This document shows, piece by piece, positions 12,901 to 24,038 of a stretch of DNA of 64,000 nt (within the stretch, counting starts at the first letter, position 1; every line of letters begins with the position of its first letter). The stretch spans positions 1,484,551-1,548,550 of the forward strand of contig RHPI01001037.1 of assembly GCA_009103225.1 (NCBI GenBank), written 5' to 3'. The position numbers and the translations under genes were made by a program. The notes beneath the pieces were generated by a model that was given only the letters and a program-made list of their open reading frames with translations, was not told the origin of the DNA and did no database searches. The stretch comes from Chlorokybus atmophyticus. Its lineage: Eukaryota > Plantae > Mesostigma and Chlorokybus algae.

Positions 12901-15900
12901 CATTCCAGACCTGCTGGATGCAGCACCAGAGTACTCTGTTGGCGCCTGGCTGCACCCATACCAGAAGGATGGAGGTTCCATGACAGTCTTTGCCTTTGGA
13001 ACCAGTGACAGGGACAGTTCTAAGCTCCTCTGGACAAGCAATGCAAACCAGCTTGGGCTGTTTGTCTACTGGGACGATTGCATCATGGACGTGCCCATGC
13101 GACGGAAGAACGGCGAGCTGCTGTGGCTAGCCCCAGATCAGTGGTACAACGTGTTCTTGACCGTTGATGCGGACAACAACGCACACCTGTACCTCAACGG
13201 TGTCGAGACAGCTACCTTCTCCACCAGCTGCCGTCCGGCTTCCCCTGACTTCTTGGTGTTCGGCATGAACACTAAGCAGACCGAGCAGCCACACGAGTTC
13301 TTCGCTGGTCTCATGGATGAAGTCTCAATCTACAACCGTAGCCTGTCAGCAGAAGAGGTGCTGGGCAACACTTGCGGCACACTCTCTGTGGATCCTCAGG
13401 TGCCAAACCTCCTTGCATACTACCGCTTCAACGAGGAGAGCGGCATAGCTGTGCCCAATGCTGTCGCCACTGCCAACACGGATGGTGTGTTGGCATACTC
13501 CTCAGCAGACATCTGGAACCAGGCCACCCTCTCCTATGAGGTGGATGGCCTGGTGGTTGACATCCATCCCACCTACACCTACATCGGAGTCCCCTGGTCT
13601 TTGCCAGTCATCACTCTGATCAAGCCAGACAGCGGCCCTGTCCTCCCTGGCATGCCAGCAGTCATCTCTGGACTGAACTTTGTGCCTCGCTCAACAGTTT
13701 TGTTGCACAATGGAGAGCCTCTGGACTACACTTTTGTCAGCGACCTTGAGCTGGAGATTGAAGTGCCTGAAGGTTCTGCTGATTCAGTGTCGGAGATCAG
13801 CGTTGTACAAGGATTGGAGTCCGCTAATGACTCGTGCAGTGACGTGCCACCAAGCAAGGTCACGTACACTCAGGAGCTGACCATGGTGGACTTCACTGAC
13901 CGCTTGTGCGCTTACTACCCGCTGTATCGTGATGCTCGGGACTTCAGCAACCATGGATATGATGGCAGGCTTCTCGGCAACCCGAACATCACTGCCGATC
14001 GCAATGGTTTCCCGTCACAGGCATTTGTGTTCAGTGCCGAGGACAGCATATCAGTGTCAGTCTGTGACGGTGCTGTCTCCATCGCAATGTGGGTCAACTT
14101 TGCTGACGAGCCTGTGCGCGAGTACAGCGGTTGCGCTGGCTTTACCACAGCAGGCAACTGCCAGGTTGAAGATGTTGGCGCCACAGTCAACCTCGCTTGG
14201 AAGTTTGTTGCCATCACCGAGAACGACAACGGCGGTCGCATTGCTTACCTCAACGCTGAAAGGATTGATTTCGACTCCTCTTATCTCGCACCAGTGTTTT
14301 CTGCCTTCAATGGTACCATTGGCGGCATGGACATTCTCATTGATGATGTCTTCGTGTACTCGCGCCCTCTCAGCCCAGCGGACATCATGCAGCTCTATCA
14401 AGTACGCGAGTATGCGTTAGACTGCAGCACAGGCGCTTACGCTTATGCTCCACGCATTGTTGCCAATCCTCTTGGCACTGAGGGTCTCCACATCACGTAC
14501 TACGGCAACAGCAAGCAAGTCACTGACGTGATCTCCACGATTGAACTCGACTGGGAAGATGAAGGTCCTCTGGGCCTCGAGGTCAATGATGGATGGAGTG
14601 TGGTGATTGAAGGCTTCCTGTACTCGCCCTACGAGGACGAGTACACATTCTCTCTCACTGCGGATGATAGCATTGGGCTCTGGATCAACGGCGTGGCACT
14701 GGTCAACAACACCAACAATACTGGCGGTCCCATGACTTACAGCAAAACGTTGTCGCTGGACGACAGGACTTGGTACCCCATCAAGCTGATGTACACCGAC
14801 CGATCTGGTCCCGCAGCTGTCAACCTGAAGTGGAAGACAGACAGCAAGACCATTCAGCTGCAGACCATTAGGCAGGAGTTCCTGCGCTCCGGTGTGTCTC
14901 CTTTCACTGTGGAGGCTTGGGTTTATCCCTTCACTGTCGAAGGCTCCCAGACCATCATCGGCAAGCGTCTTGACGACGGCACCAATGGCCTTGGTGTTGG
15001 CATTGAAGACGGCGGTGTGAGTGTCTCAATCTTTGTTGATTGCGACTGCGAGGGTAGCACCAAGTGCACCAAGTACCGCGACATCCACAGCTGGAAGTCC
15101 AAGGTGGTCCCCATGCAATGGCAGCACATTGCTGCATCGTATGACGGCCTCACCTGGGCAATCTACATTGACGGAGTTCTCACCGATTGGTTCACGTATG
15201 ATAGCATCAAGTTCTTCCCTGAGAGCGACCGCCCGCTTCTCGTGGGTCTCGAGTCTGATGACATTGTCAAGTCTCCAGATGATGTCAGGCCATTCAATGG
15301 CCTGATCAAGTCCATCAGCCTGTATGACGTTGCTAATGCAACAGCCGCTGACTTTGCTGAAGGCATGGTGTGCCCGATCAAGGAGCCACGCCCGCATCGC
15401 ATCTACCACTTGGCACTCAATGAAGGCATCGGCAGTGTTGCATTGGACTCCAGCAAGTGGGTGTCTGACCTCACAGAGGACCCCAGCTCGCTCCCTCGCT
15501 ACGCTGATGCTGTCATTGTTCCCGGACCTGTTGGAGACAGGCCAACACCTGCTTGGGCGTTTGTTGAAGGCACTGAGTATGAAACGGACCCTGCCAACGT
15601 CACAGTGTATGGTACTGTCCTTCACGAGACCATTGTTGGCCAGTGCAGTGCGTTCACCATTGTTGCATATGACTCCTGCGGTTACATGAAGCGCAACGGA
15701 GGAGATGACCTGAAGGCGAAGATCATCGGTCCCATGCATCTGCACAGTGAGATTGATACATTGACTGTGGGCGACGGCATTGTTGACCATGATGATGGCA
15801 GCTACACTGTCAGCTTCAACAGGACAGTGGCAGGGTACTACTTCATTGACGTCCTGCTTGGTGAAGACACTCTTTACCACAACAAGACCTACATCCATCC

Positions 15901-18900
15901 AGAAGCAACAGATCCCACCATGACTTACCTGTATGACTCTGATGAGGATGGCTTCAGCCTCGATGCATTGACTGTTTCACATGCTGGCATCCCTGTTAGC
16001 TTCAAGGTGCAGACTGTTGATGTGTACAGCAACCTGAGGACATCCGGTGGAGATACAGAATGGTCCATCATCTTCAATGGGCCATATGACTTTGCCGGCA
16101 ACTGGACTGACAACGGTGATGGCACCTACACCATCAGCTACAACGCGCAAGTGGCCGGCCAGTATGAGATGTTCATCTCGCTGTGCGGGCAGCCCATCTG
16201 CCTTTTCGGTGGTGCAGACTGCTGCGGGAAACAAAAGTCCTCCCGGGCGGCTTGCAGTCTGCTGTCGGTGTCACCGCCAGCTGGCGCAACCGGCGCTTGC
16301 CCATACTGCCTCAATGTTACTGAGGGTGACTCCTTCGCCACAGCACAGGATGGCATCAGCGCAGTGTTCCCCGACACCGATGCCTTAGACTTGGAGGGTC
16401 CTTTCACAATCGAGGCATGGGTCCACAAGGAAGAACCCATTGTCGGTGCTCCTGTTGCAGTGGAGAAGCAGTTTGTTGTCAGCAAGCAGTCTGAGAGCAG
16501 CGGCAAGGGCTACTGGCTTGCACTGGTGCCGACCGTCGATGCGAGCGTGTTCACCGTCGAGGCTGGCATTTACATCGGCGCTGAGGAGTTCCGAGACATC
16601 TCGTTTGACGCACCCATTGTAGGATGGAACAACCTGGCTGTGACTTACAATGGCACTGAGTTTAACCTCTACCTGAACGCCGAGCTTGTCAACACCACCT
16701 CATGGAACTACACTATCATCGAGTACCAGCGGAGGAACAACCAGGCCGTCAGAGTGGGTCGTGGCTTTGAGGGTGCAATCGACGAGGTCAAGATCTTCAC
16801 CTCTGTCAAGTCGCCGTCAACAATTGCATCCCGCTTCGCATGCCCTCTCAATGTCGAGGGCGGGATGCTGCAAGACTCCACCCTTGCTGCATACTACAGG
16901 TTCAACGAGGGTGAGGGCATCTTCACCATGGACTCCAGCGCTGAAGGTAAGCCAGGATGGTGTACAGAGGTCACAGCAATTGTGCAGAGTGCATTTGCAC
17001 AACCAATCTGTCGATGCAATTGTGAGCATTGTGAGCAGTGTTAGGGATGTTCAACCTCCATTGTATTTGCAGGCAACCATGGTGTGCTTGGGTTGATCTG
17101 CACAGAGGCAGATGAGGGCAGGTCTGCACGCTTATCATGCCCGACAGGATACATAATCAGCGACATCTTATACGCCAACTATGGCGCCAACCTTGGCAGC
17201 TGCGGTGCATACGAGGTGGATGATTGCGCTGCAGACGACACGGCCTCCGTTGTTAGGGCAGCTTGCATTGGCACTGACCACTGTACTGTTGAGGCCACAA
17301 ACCATGTCTTTGGCAACCCGTGCCGTGGAGTCACCAAGACTCTTGCCATCAACGCTGTTTGCTCGAGTTCTGATCCGAGCAACTCGCCTTGGGCACACGA
17401 AACCGCCCCAACTTATGTTGGCCGAGCCTCTACCCAAGTGAAGCTGCTATGCCCATATGCCGACGCCTTCCCGCTTGCGCTTCAGGCTAATGAGAACCAA
17501 AATTGCTCCACCTGGAGCTTGGACAAGGCTGCTGCTGGCGAACCTCTGGAGCTTGCCATTGTCGCCGTCGACGTGTGCGGCTTCATTGACTATGCCCCCG
17601 TGCAGGTGAGCACTGCACTGCATGCTAAGCCGTGGCTGTACTCTGATCACAGCACATTGCGTAGCTTCACTATGTCATGCACACAGGTTGGGTGCATATT
17701 GTTCAACAGCCAACGTGTCTGCAGGAATCCTTTGAGGCCACAGTCACTTACCCAGGCCACATTGGTGCCATGACCGGAGAAGAGCCTGTCTGCTACCCGA
17801 CATACGACGACGCAGTGACAGAGAGTGCGTCTGTGGCATGGGCAGGATTAAACCCCACGCAATGCGGCCAGTTCCACAATGTGTACCTCCTCTCTTACAC
17901 CCCATCACTTGCGGGCGTGACCACCCTCAACGTCACCCTCCGGGGAGAAGAGGTTTACTCAGGCCCTCTCATGGTGAGAGCAGGGGAGATCGCCGCAAGC
18001 AGCTCTGTCATGGGAGCTGAGGTTGCCATGGTGGGAGTGCCATCCAGACTCATCATCACCGCCAAGGATGCTTTCGGCAATGACATTGCTTTCACGGACG
18101 GCATCGAGAGACTATCAGTCAGCATTGATGGTCCCGCACCTGTCTTGGGAGACATCACCGCAGCACATAACTCAGAGGGAACATACTACCTCACCGTTGC
18201 ATACCCCACAGCCGGCACCTATGAAGTGTCCGTGCTCCTTGACAATCAGCCATTCCGCTCATCAACTGTCAATGTGTACCCTCTCGGCGCAGTCGAGGTG
18301 ACTCCCCTCGAGTCCGAGACCCCGTCTGCAAGGTTTGAACACACTGCGGTTGAGTATAATGGAGACATGTACATCTTCGGAGGTGCTCAGAAGGACAAGA
18401 CCTACTTGTCGGAGACGTGGAAGTTTGCCACCGGTGTGAACGACTCCAAATTCAGTTACAGGGTGCCTATTATCGTCAACGGCGACATTGACAGCGCATA
18501 CAACTTGCAGCTTGGGATCGACACGGCCGCACTGATCACAAATGGCGCCTTGCGGCCTGATTGTGGGGACGTGCGCTTCTTCACTAAGTCTGGTGAAGAG
18601 TTGTCGTATTGGATGGACCTGATGCCTGGCTGCAACACTGCCAACACTCTGTTCTGGGTGAATGTCGAGAGTGACAAAAATTTTTACATGTACTACGGCA
18701 ACCCCGACGCAGAGTCCACAAGCACAAACAGCATCTTTGAGGTGTTTGAAGACTTTGAGTACGAGGGCAGCCCGCTGGACCAGGCCACAAGCCCTCAATG
18801 GAGCCTTGACGCGTATGATGACTGCAATCCAACATACTACATGGCCGGCAAGAAGGAGTCCTTCTACACGACTTCCAATGTGTCGATGCACGGCTCGCGC

Positions 18901-20559
18901 AGCCTCAAGGTCGATGCGACAGCATTCCCTGGCGGCTCAATCAAGCTTGACCTCGCCGCGTACTCCAGCCTGCACGACAACTTTGTTGTCAAGGGCTACA
19001 TGTACGACGGCCATTGTTACGCTGGCAAGCACTGGATCAGCACCGACTTTGATGAGTGTGACGGTGATGCCGTCAGCATCTTTGAAGCACATGGTGCCGG
19101 CATCAACACCGCCGCCAGGGCCGAGAAGTACATCACCACATACCCATGGCAAGCCTCACCTGTCGATAGAGCAGGTAAACTTCTTTCCATGCACCATATG
19201 TGGTTGCACGGTTGGCTGGCATGTTTCTCTCAATCTCTAATTGTGTATCTGTGCGCAGCTGGCTGGCACACTTTCACCATGTACAACGATGGTGAGGCGG
19301 GTGTGGTCATTGCCATTGACGGCGTGGTTGCAAGTCAGTCCAAGTTCAAGTCAACCCTCAAGCAGCTGTTCATCCGAGGCGGGTTGAACTCCACACAACT
19401 GCAAGGCAGCACATACTGGGACGCCATATTTGCAACAGTCCTGCTGCCGAATGTGAATGCGACGGCCAACTTCGATGATGCTGAAGCTGTTTCATACGCA
19501 CCGGGAGTGATGAAGTGGTCACAGGTACTTGCTTCCTATCTGTTGCATGCACACCTTACTTGACCTTTGCAACAACTGTGTACACTGAACCAACGATGCT
19601 GACACACTGTGTCTCTCTCAGGTCACAACCGCATCAAAGCCAAGCGCCCGCCAGGCGCATTCGGCAGTTGTGTACAACGGCTCTATCTTCATCTATGGTG
19701 GCGAACGCAGCGCCTATGAATACTCCGACGTGTGGAAGTTCTCTTGCAAGCATGAAACTTGGGAGTTTGTGCCGACCTTCAGTGAGGTGCCGCCTGCACG
19801 ACACGACCACTCCGCTGTTGTGTACAAGGTACTGCGGACACCTTCTTTACATGCGTGTGCGCGTGCATGTGTGTTGTCCTGTGACATACTGCTGTGCATA
19901 ATGTGTATTGACATACTTTGTTGTTCCAGGGTGGAATGTATGTCTTTGGTGGCCGCAAGCCGCAGCCACTCGGAGACTTCTGGCGCTACGACTTCGCCAC
20001 GAAGAGCTGGTTGGAGATCTCCAACTACACGCAGGGGCTCTCATCACGCTTTGGTCACACCGCGGTCGTGCACGACGACATGATGTACGTGTTCGGTGGC
20101 TACGTCGCCAATGACGGTGCTCTCTCAGACGAGCTATGGACGTTCAACCTCACCTCAAGCAAGTGGAACCTGGTTGGCCCGCGCACGGGACGGTCGCAAG
20201 AGCGGGGCGTGTCCAGCTATGTTGAGGACCCGAGCGAGGCCATCATCTTCCCAATGAAGATCCCCGCCGCGCGCTACTCCCACAACGCGGTGGTTCGATG
20301 CAGTGCAGGACAGACTGCGTGCGCGATGTACATCTTTGGTGGCGCAGGCGGGTCCTCCATGATGCAGCCACTGGATGACGTCTGGAAGTTTGACTTCACG
20401 AGCAAAGCATGGAGTGTGGTCTATGAGACTACTGGCGTCAGCCGGTTCGACGCTGCAGCGGTGCTTGCGGGTGATCATCTGCTATTGTTTGGAGGTCATG
20501 CGGGACGACAGTTCTACAGCGACCTCCAGTCATTATTTATAGCTGACTCAGGGCTGTAG
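3309..20559 (+). CDS. Giant (~4,800-5,000 aa, estimated) extracellular multidomain protein: N-terminal hydrophobic segment, HFRYGTISW domain, cadherin-like repeat, multiple LamG/pentraxin and IPT/TIG units, four Ser-Pro rods, two SUEL lectins, PA14, about four filamin-like repeats, DUF2341 and a Kelch propeller
   Basis: ATG at 3309 (alternative 3339) and TAG at 20559. About 16 GT-AG introns join phase-consistently, e.g. donors at 3424, 4176, 6265, 6900, 8061, 16947, 17607, 19175, 19525 and 19829. Motifs include SHFRYGTISW, FQIAAYDPD, WHHIALT...LYVDG, F.G.MDEV.VYSRAL, YYRFNEG, CPEG..I..ANFG...GRC, DNGDGTYTISY and GG-containing Kelch repeats. Frame breaks occur only at the N gaps 9627-9654 and 11133-11762. 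Confidence 0.88.
3601..3949. repeat. G-rich/poly-G tract flanking an assembly gap (N 3696-3913) in intron 1 of the giant gene
   Basis: GGGGAGAG-type runs precede the gap and a ~36 nt G homopolymer follows it. Confidence 0.8.
4660..4710. repeat. Intronic inverted repeat (22 bp arms, 1 mismatch, 7 nt loop)
   Basis: tgcacgagcagcagctcatgca (4660-4681) pairs with tgcatgagctgctgctcatgca (4689-4710). Confidence 0.85.
9055..11825 (+). repeat. Four extensin-like SPPPP/PPSPP rods within the giant CDS (~9055-9180, ~9487-9685, ~10620-10740, ~11105-11825)
   Basis: CCA/CCT/CCG-rich codon runs translate to PSPPPPSPPPP. Rods 2 and 4 contain N gaps. Confidence 0.9.
12540..12865 (+). other. SUEL/Gal_lectin domain 1 in the giant protein; a second copy lies at ~17100-17365
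   Basis: EGDELELTCPEGMRIEDFVFANFGKPAGRC...DDCIGRASCTIPATTDMFGRPCAGDKWLSASIMC, and EGRSARLSCPTGYIISDILYANYG...CIGTDHCTVEATNHVFGNPCRGVTKTLAINAVC. Confidence 0.85.
14470..14870 (+). other. PA14 domain in the giant protein
   Basis: GLHITYYG...IELDW...WSVVIEGFLYSPYEDEYTFSLTADDSIGLWING...WYPIKLMY...GPAAVNLKW matches the PA14 pattern. Confidence 0.85.
18451..18725 (+). other. DUF2341-like domain in the giant protein
   Basis: FSYRVPIIVNG...LRPDCGDVRFF...ELSYW...LFWVNV...FYMYYGNPDAESTS matches the DUF2341 pattern (YR..I, D..DIRF, L.YW, WV, YMYYGN). Confidence 0.75.
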
Positions 20560-20923
20560 CACTGCTGCTGTACAGAAACCTCGCGTGCGATGGTTTCCCC
20601 TCTCTAGTTTACGCGCACCTCGAGCATCAGGCTCTTATTTGTAGATTGCCATGCAATTGAGCAATTGCTGTATATTTTCTCGAACATTCCAATCCATATT
20701 CAATAACTGGGATTGCCGCAACCACCTTGCTTGTCTGTTACTTGACAGAGAATACCTTGCTCTTGCTACTTACCAAGTATTTTGCATTGGATGCACAGCA
20801 CAGCACCCCTGCCTTGCATCAGCAGCTAGCAGCCAAGATGGTCGTTGCACATACTGGTGCATGCTTTGCAAAAGATCAACCTTCTGTTGACTGATCACAC
20901 ATCTATTTCATACCCTGTATACA

Positions 20924-20988
20924 AGCAAGGTGGACCAAGACTATGACTACCTTGGTCCAAGGTAGTCATAATCTTGGTCCACCTTGCT
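20924..20988. repeat. 65 bp near-perfect palindrome (32 bp arms, 1 mismatch, 1 nt centre)
   Basis: agcaaggtggaccaagactatgactaccttgg-t-ccaaggtagtcataatcttggtccaccttgct. Confidence 0.9.
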
Positions 20989-21787
20989 GCATGATTTGCC
21001 TCAAGGCCGTTCGATGCTTTTTGTGCGTTACCGCACTGCTTGTGCGCGCGCACAAGCTGTTTGTTGCATTGTGATGCAGTTTGCGTGGCCTGGCAGAGGA
21101 GGAGAGGCCGGGCGGGCAGAGGTGCAAGAGCTTGACAGCACTCTCCGCCATGCTGTCCGCCACCGCCTTGCTGGCGCCGCCACCCGCTGCGGCGCTCCTT
21201 CTGCCCGCCGCCTCGCCCGCACGCCGCCTTCGCCAGGTCAGTGCATGCCGTTAGAAGGGGTGTTGTCAACGCTTCCGTGTGATACAACTCATTCATTCTT
21301 CAGCCCACAGCTGTGCATGCATGCAATTTTCAACACGAGCTGTGCTTGTCATGCCAGCTGTCAATGCTCTTCTGTCTGCTTGCAAAGCACATGGCTTCCC
21401 CACCTTGCTGTCAGCGAACGCCCATCAAATGGCATCGACATCATCCGTCATTGGCATCCGTCAGTCTGCGAGAGTTAGCTGTCACAGCAGCTGCTTGCAT
21501 AACAACCACAAACGTTCATGCAGTAGCTTCGTGTAAGATTTAGTGCTCTGCAAGCAGCGCTTAAGACGAGGAGCGTTGCGTTTGTCGTGCATGCATGCCA
21601 GCACATCACGTAAGATCAACGCTTCGCTCAATGTGTCGTCTCCCAGCGCCAACTGCTCCCTTTGCAGAACCAAGTCTACAGCAGCAGCAGCAAGCTCTGG
21701 TCAGGCCGCCCTGTACTATTCTCCCGCACAGCGTCCAGCAAGCTTCAGCATCTGTCTTCTTCGCCAGCAGCCAGCGTCGCCATCACA

Positions 21788-23386
21788 ATGGGCCCGCCGC
21801 TGCCGAAGAAGCCAGTCGGACACGTCACGGGGAAGACGGACTCCACAGTCGAGCTCGCATTCTTCGTGGACTATGTGGTGAGAGTGTGTGTGTGGGTGGG
21901 TGGTGAGTCTCGCATGGACAGCCATAGCAAACACAGCCTGTGTTGGCTATCGCTGTGGCTGTGACATGCATACGTCCATTCATCTTCGCACTCTTTAGCT
22001 TTATGGATCTGCATGTGCGGCTGTACCTTCTTTGCCCTTCTCGTGGTGATGTATTTGGTAGCGGTTTGCTTGCTTGCTCGCTTGTGTGTCGCTTGCTTTC
22101 GTTGATTGTTTGGTTCTGTGTCTTGCCTTTCTGGTTGTCTTCTGCGGTCTATGCATGCCAACAACCTTGTAGAGGGCAGTCCTTGTTGCATGCTTGGTGT
22201 TTGCTGTATGCTTGATTATACATAAATACGTAAGTGGTTGGCTCTGGAGTTGGTTGTGTAGCATGCACCATCCTGTCTCTTACATGTTGCACGCCTCTGT
22301 GACACGCAGTGCCCCTTCAGCAAAAAGGCATACAAGATGTTGACAGAACAGGTGCTCAATCACTGGTTGACCACTGGTGCACATTAGCATCAGGTTATTT
22401 CAAGCCAAATAGCATGATGCCATGTTTTGTGTCTTGGTGCACTACAAACGGTTAGGAAGTGGACTGCTCTCTCTCCACAACTTTCATCACCTGCTTGTGT
22501 CCGCAGGTCATCCCGGAATACAAGGACAAAATCAGGTTCGTCATGTATCATCAGGTGAGGGTGTGATGCGCATAACGTGCTTGCACGCACGCAAGAAAAG
22601 GCTTTTTGCCCCAGATTTGTCGTAGTGCACACCTCTGGTGACAGATTGTGCTAGCGACGGCTTATGTGTCGTGCGCGCAACTGTGACACATGTCCACGCA
22701 ACATGTTGTGTCCCTGCAGGTGCAACCGTGGCATCCGCAGTCTGTGATGACCCATGAAGCGGCGATTGCCGTTGCTGATACAGCAGGTGCTGTGCCTGCC
22801 GCATGCGGCAGTGTTGTCGGTCTTGTTTTGGAGGTTGTGCTACAACATGGCAACAAGGTCACTCTAAAGCAGGCATGTCGTGCACAACCCATTGCAGGTG
22901 AAGAGGCGTTCTGGAAGTACAGCACCGCGCTGTTTGACAATCAAACACAGTTCTTCGATGTTAAAGTCTGGGATAAGACTCGCCCACAGATCTACTCAGA
23001 GTACGTTGTCGGTTTGCAATGTCATATGAACAACAAGTGGCCTCTTGTCATGCGTGAGGCTGCAGTCCATTACAGTATTGTCACATCTCCTTGATGCATG
23101 TTGTTATACGATTGAGTATAATGGGCCATGCAGGCTTGCGGAGTTGGCGGAAAGCTCGGCTGGAGTCAAAGCGGACGCCGTCAAGCAGCTTCTCTCGTTG
23201 AACCCTGCCAATGGCGACAACCCGGGCACCAATGTGATTCAGTCCGTGAAGTTTGCTGTCAAGTACAGCCGCACTCTTGGCGTGCACGTGTCGCCCTCAA
23301 CCTTTGTCAACGGCCTGTTTGCGGACACCAGCAGCGGCTGGACCCTTGATCAGTGGAAGGGCTTCCTTGATCCACTCCTTCAATAA
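21788..23386 (+). CDS. DsbA-like thioredoxin-fold protein with a CPFS (CxxS) active-site motif
   Basis: Six exons (21788-21877, 22310-22351, 22507-22554, 22720-22786, 22898-23000, 23134-23386) join in phase. They give MGPPLPKKPVGHVTG...VELAFFVDYV|CPFSKKAY...|...YHQ|VQPWHPQS...HEAAIAV...FWKYSTALFDNQTQFFD...YSRTLGVHVSPSTFVNG...WTLDQWKGFLDPLLQ*. Confidence 0.9.
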
Positions 23387-24038
23387 ATGTCTTTCGTATG
23401 TTGTTGAGTATGCAGCAGTGTCAAGTAATAGCTGGTGTATGAGATGCAGTTTTGGTGGAGTGAAGTGGATTGACACTTAAGAAGGATGGCAATGGCGGAT
23501 GCTGGAAAAGTCTCCTTCACAAACAAGGAGCACATGGAACATATAAAGTAGGCATAGAACATAATTGCTGTTTGTGACTGACCATGCTTCGACCCAATGG
23601 CAGTGTCCAGTTGCGAACCTGGCAATGGCATCAGACTGCACACCCTCGGGGCATGGTCGGCACTATGTATGCGGGGTATTGGTACTGATCGCCGAGATAA
23701 CTAACTAGCAGGTGCGGTGAGTAGTTTCCAACAAGAACGGTTGAAAACAGCACCAACCAGGAGCTAGGAAAAATTTCATTCAGTCAAGTATGTGATAGCT
23801 CAGTATCAATGCGCATACTACATGGTGCAGCGCTGTAAGAAGGTTTTAAACGTTTTGAGTCAGGAAGCCAACATGCATAACAAGACTTGGAACGTGCATT
23901 CAGTTGATTATCTGTGATATCAATGTATCTCAAAGGAAACACGCAGCAACTAGCCCACAGATAAACACTGTACATACTAGCAGTCACAAAAACTGCCAAC
24001 AGCCGCTACAATATAAGCTACACAAAAATGCACACAAG

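Noticed and set aside
20966-21163. Short GC-rich minus-strand ORF MADSMAESAVKLLHLCPP...
   Set aside because: No recognisable domain or supporting exons, and it runs into the palindrome. It cannot be supported as a gene.
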